A stretch of DNA of 47,180 nucleotides from an uncultured Acetobacteraceae bacterium (GTDB taxonomy: Bacteria > Pseudomonadota > Alphaproteobacteria > Acetobacterales > Acetobacteraceae), in contig CAXTSD010000001.1 in NCBI GenBank assembly GCA_964246775.1, positions 1 through 47,180 of the forward strand, in the 5' to 3' direction. The notes under the pieces are model-generated. The model saw only the letters and a list, made by a program, of their open reading frames with translations, searched no databases and was not told the DNA's origin. The translations under genes and the position numbers were made by a program. Below are positions 45,351 to 47,180 of the stretch, one piece after another; positions within the stretch are counted from its first letter, which is position 1, and the number at the start of each line of letters is the position of its first letter.

Positions 45351-46291
45351 GGCGCCTGGTGAGTAGTTCACTGGCGGGGCGGCGACGGATAGCCATACTG
45401 CTGTCGACCTTCAACGGGGCGCGCTACCTGCCGGCTCAGCTTGACAGCCTGCTCGCTCAGACCGAGCAGGGCTGGGAGCTGTGCTGGCGCGATGACGGGT
45501 CGACCGACGGAACGATCGCCTTGTTGCAGGCCTTTGCTGCCGGCGCCGGGCAGGGCCGTTGCCGGCAAATCGAGACCGACGCGCGTCGCGGCATAACCGC
45601 GAGCTTCATGCATCTGCTGCGCTCGGCGCCGCCGCTCGCCTCAATCGCCTTTGCCGACCAGGATGATGTCTGGCTGCCTGAGAAGCTTGCCCGAGGCGTC
45701 AATCGTCTGACCGAGGTTCCAACTGACCTGCCGGCGCTCTACTGCGCGCGGCAGGTGCTGGTGGACGAGGAATTGCGCAGGCTGCGGCTATCCTCGCCGA
45801 TCACCCGCCCGCCGGTGTTTCCCGCCTCACTGACCCAGAACATCGCGACCGGCTGCACGGTGATGCTCAACCAGGCGGCAGTCCGGCTGATCGCCGGTAG
45901 CGAGCCGCCGCTTGGCAGCCTGCATGACTGGTGGTGCTACCTGGTCGTCTCGGCCTGGGGCGGCCCCATACTGGTCGACGAGGTGCCGACGGTGCTCTAC
46001 CGCCAGCATGGCGGCAACGCCGTCGGCGCGCCGAGCACGCTCACCAGGCGCGCCTTCGCCGCGGTGCGTCGCGGACCTGACGTATTCATGCAGCTATTCC
46101 GCAACCACGTACAAGCGCTCGAGAACCAGCCTGGCCTGTTGTCGCCCGAGGCGCTGCGCGAGTTGCTGATCATCGCCGATGCGCTGCGCGGCGGCGTGAC
46201 ACGTCGTCTCCGCGCGCTGCTGCTTGCCGGGCTCAGGCGACAGAGCTGGCAGGAGACGGTGCTGTTCCGGCTGTGGTTTCTGCTGGGTTGA
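45347..46291 (+). CDS. Glycosyltransferase family 2 (rhamnosyltransferase-like)
   Basis: Motifs IAILLSTFNGARYLPAQLDSLLAQT and WRDDGSTDGT...DQDDVW. The start is TTG 45347 (overlapping the rfbD stop) or GTG 45359. Confidence 0.8.
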   Translation: MRRLVSSSLAGRRRIAILLSTFNGARYLPAQLDSLLAQTEQGWELCWRDDGSTDGTIALLQAFAAGAGQGRCRQIETDARRGITASFMHLLRSAPPLASIAFADQDDVWLPEKLARGVNRLTEVPTDLPALYCARQVLVDEELRRLRLSSPITRPPVFPASLTQNIATGCTVMLNQAAVRLIAGSEPPLGSLHDWWCYLVVSAWGGPILVDEVPTVLYRQHGGNAVGAPSTLTRRAFAAVRRGPDVFMQLFRNHVQALENQPGLLSPEALRELLIIADALRGGVTRRLRALLLAGLRRQSWQETVLFRLWFLLG

Positions 46292-46934
46292 TGCCGCAGG
46301 CAGCCACCTGCGCGTGCATGTGCCCCGGTATGGGTGCGGTTGCCCGCACGGGCGAGCCGGCAGGGAGCGACAGGCTGCGCGCCAGCAATTGCAGGCCGAT
46401 CTCCGAGGCGCGGCCATAAACGGCGTCGCCGAGCAGCGGGTGGCCGAGCAGTTGGGCGTGGACCCGGACCTGGTGCGTCCGCCCGGTCCTCGGCTGAAAC
46501 TCGATGACGCTCGAGCCCTTGCTGCTGCCAAGCACCTGCCAGGCGGTCACCGCTTCGCCGCCGTCGGGGTCGACGATCATGCGCCAGCTCCTGCCGTCGC
46601 GGCGCTTGGCAAGCGGCGCCGTGATGATGCCCCGTTCCGCCGAAGGCCGCCCGGAAACGACGGCCCAGTAGATCTTGACCACGGTGCCGGCCTGCAAGGC
46701 GGCCTGCGCGGCAAGCAGCGCGTCGCGGCGCAGGGCGATCAGCAGGCAGCCGGCGGTGTCACGATCCAGGCGATGCGCAAGCCAGGGTCCGCTGCGGCGG
46801 CGGGACAGCAGCGGGAAGACCGACTCGACGCTGTCGCCGCCATCGCGTCCGGGATGACATGGCAGGCCGGCTGGCTTGTCGAGAATGACATGGCCGTCGT
46901 CGCGGTAGAGTATCTGCGGCATGGGCAACGGCAT
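46233..46934 (-). CDS. RluA-family pseudouridine synthase
   Basis: Motifs ILYRDDGHVILDKPAGLPCHPG, HRLDRDTAGCLLIA and GRTHQVRVH. Confidence 0.85.
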   Translation of the reverse strand: MPLPMPQILYRDDGHVILDKPAGLPCHPGRDGGDSVESVFPLLSRRRSGPWLAHRLDRDTAGCLLIALRRDALLAAQAALQAGTVVKIYWAVVSGRPSAERGIITAPLAKRRDGRSWRMIVDPDGGEAVTAWQVLGSSKGSSVIEFQPRTGRTHQVRVHAQLLGHPLLGDAVYGRASEIGLQLLARSLSLPAGSPVRATAPIPGHMHAQVAACGINPAETTAGTAPSPASSVA

Positions 46935-47010
46935 CGGCGGCCTCCAGTGCCATGCATGGACACGGAGGGAACGCGGCAGTAAAGCCCGCGGCCGACACCG
47001 GAGAAGTCAG

Positions 47011-47180
47011 ATGAAGTTCGTTGCGCGGGCCGCCGTCGCGGTCTGCCTCGCCACGGCGGCACCGACCGGCTCGGCGCTCGGCCATGCGATCCTCATGCGC
47101 AGCGAGCCGGCGGCGGCGTTCGCGGGGGCGCCGGGGGGGGCCGCCGCCCGGCAAGCGCCGGCGCTGATATGCAGGTCGTG
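47011..47180 (+). CDS. CopC-like periplasmic copper-binding protein, N-terminal fragment running off the window end
   Basis: ATG 47011 is preceded by GGAGAAG. The signal peptide is MKFVARAAVAVCLATAAPTGSALG, followed by HAILMRSEPAA, which resembles the CopC mature N-terminus (HAxLxxSxPA). The frame after the G8 run at 47133..47140 is uncertain. Confidence 0.45.
   Translation, partial: MKFVARAAVAVCLATAAPTGSALGHAILMRSEPAAAFAGAPGGAAARQAPALICRS

Noticed and set aside
1-47180. CRISPR arrays, IS elements, prophage genes, toxin-antitoxin pairs, restriction-modification or other defence systems, and secondary-metabolite (NRPS/PKS) genes.
   Set aside because: None was seen. There are no regularly spaced repeats and no transposase, integrase, nuclease-helicase or other defence signatures in any credible ORF. 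Essentially all coding capacity is assigned to known families.

Overview
High-GC (roughly mid-60s % by eye), gene-dense chromosomal window that looks alpha-proteobacterial (Rhizobiales-like; this is inference from gene content and order). Nearly every stretch is explained by a recognisable protein family.

Main blocks:
- 1..3.9 kb: small housekeeping genes plus a tRNA-Arg(CCU) gene interrupted by a group I intron, which the ORF track cannot show.
- 4.2..7.9 kb: a tightly packed operon of two cysteine desulfurases, a 2Fe-2S ferredoxin and mnmA.
- 7.9..20 kb: tlyA, hpnH, topoisomerase IB, ftsK, ubiA, rsmE, gshA, a ROK kinase and a TusA/HDAC-like pair.
- 20.2..38.7 kb: a large hopanoid locus made of two convergent operons, xseB-ispA-dxs-hpnM-hpnI-hpnJ-hpnK on the + strand and hpnA-B-C-D-E-shc-hpnG-(SCO-like)-hpnN on the - strand.
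- 38.8..46.3 kb: a 986-aa dual-GT2 glycosyltransferase, rfbBACD (dTDP-rhamnose) and a further GT2.
- Window end: an RluA-type pseudouridine synthase and the start of a CopC-like gene.

I found no CRISPR array, IS element, integrase, prophage, toxin-antitoxin pair or recognisable defence gene. I cannot honestly point to a convincing wholly new system.

The most noteworthy items are:
- the intron-containing tRNA;
- an SCO1/SenC-like gene embedded in the hopanoid operon;
- the desulfurase-ferredoxin-MnmA module;
- a probable frameshift at the 3' end of an M19 dipeptidase gene;
- an unlisted 51-aa zinc-ribbon ORF;
- phased short repeats and palindromes in divergent promoter regions.

Many long ORFs in the track are antisense or out-of-frame artefacts of the GC bias.
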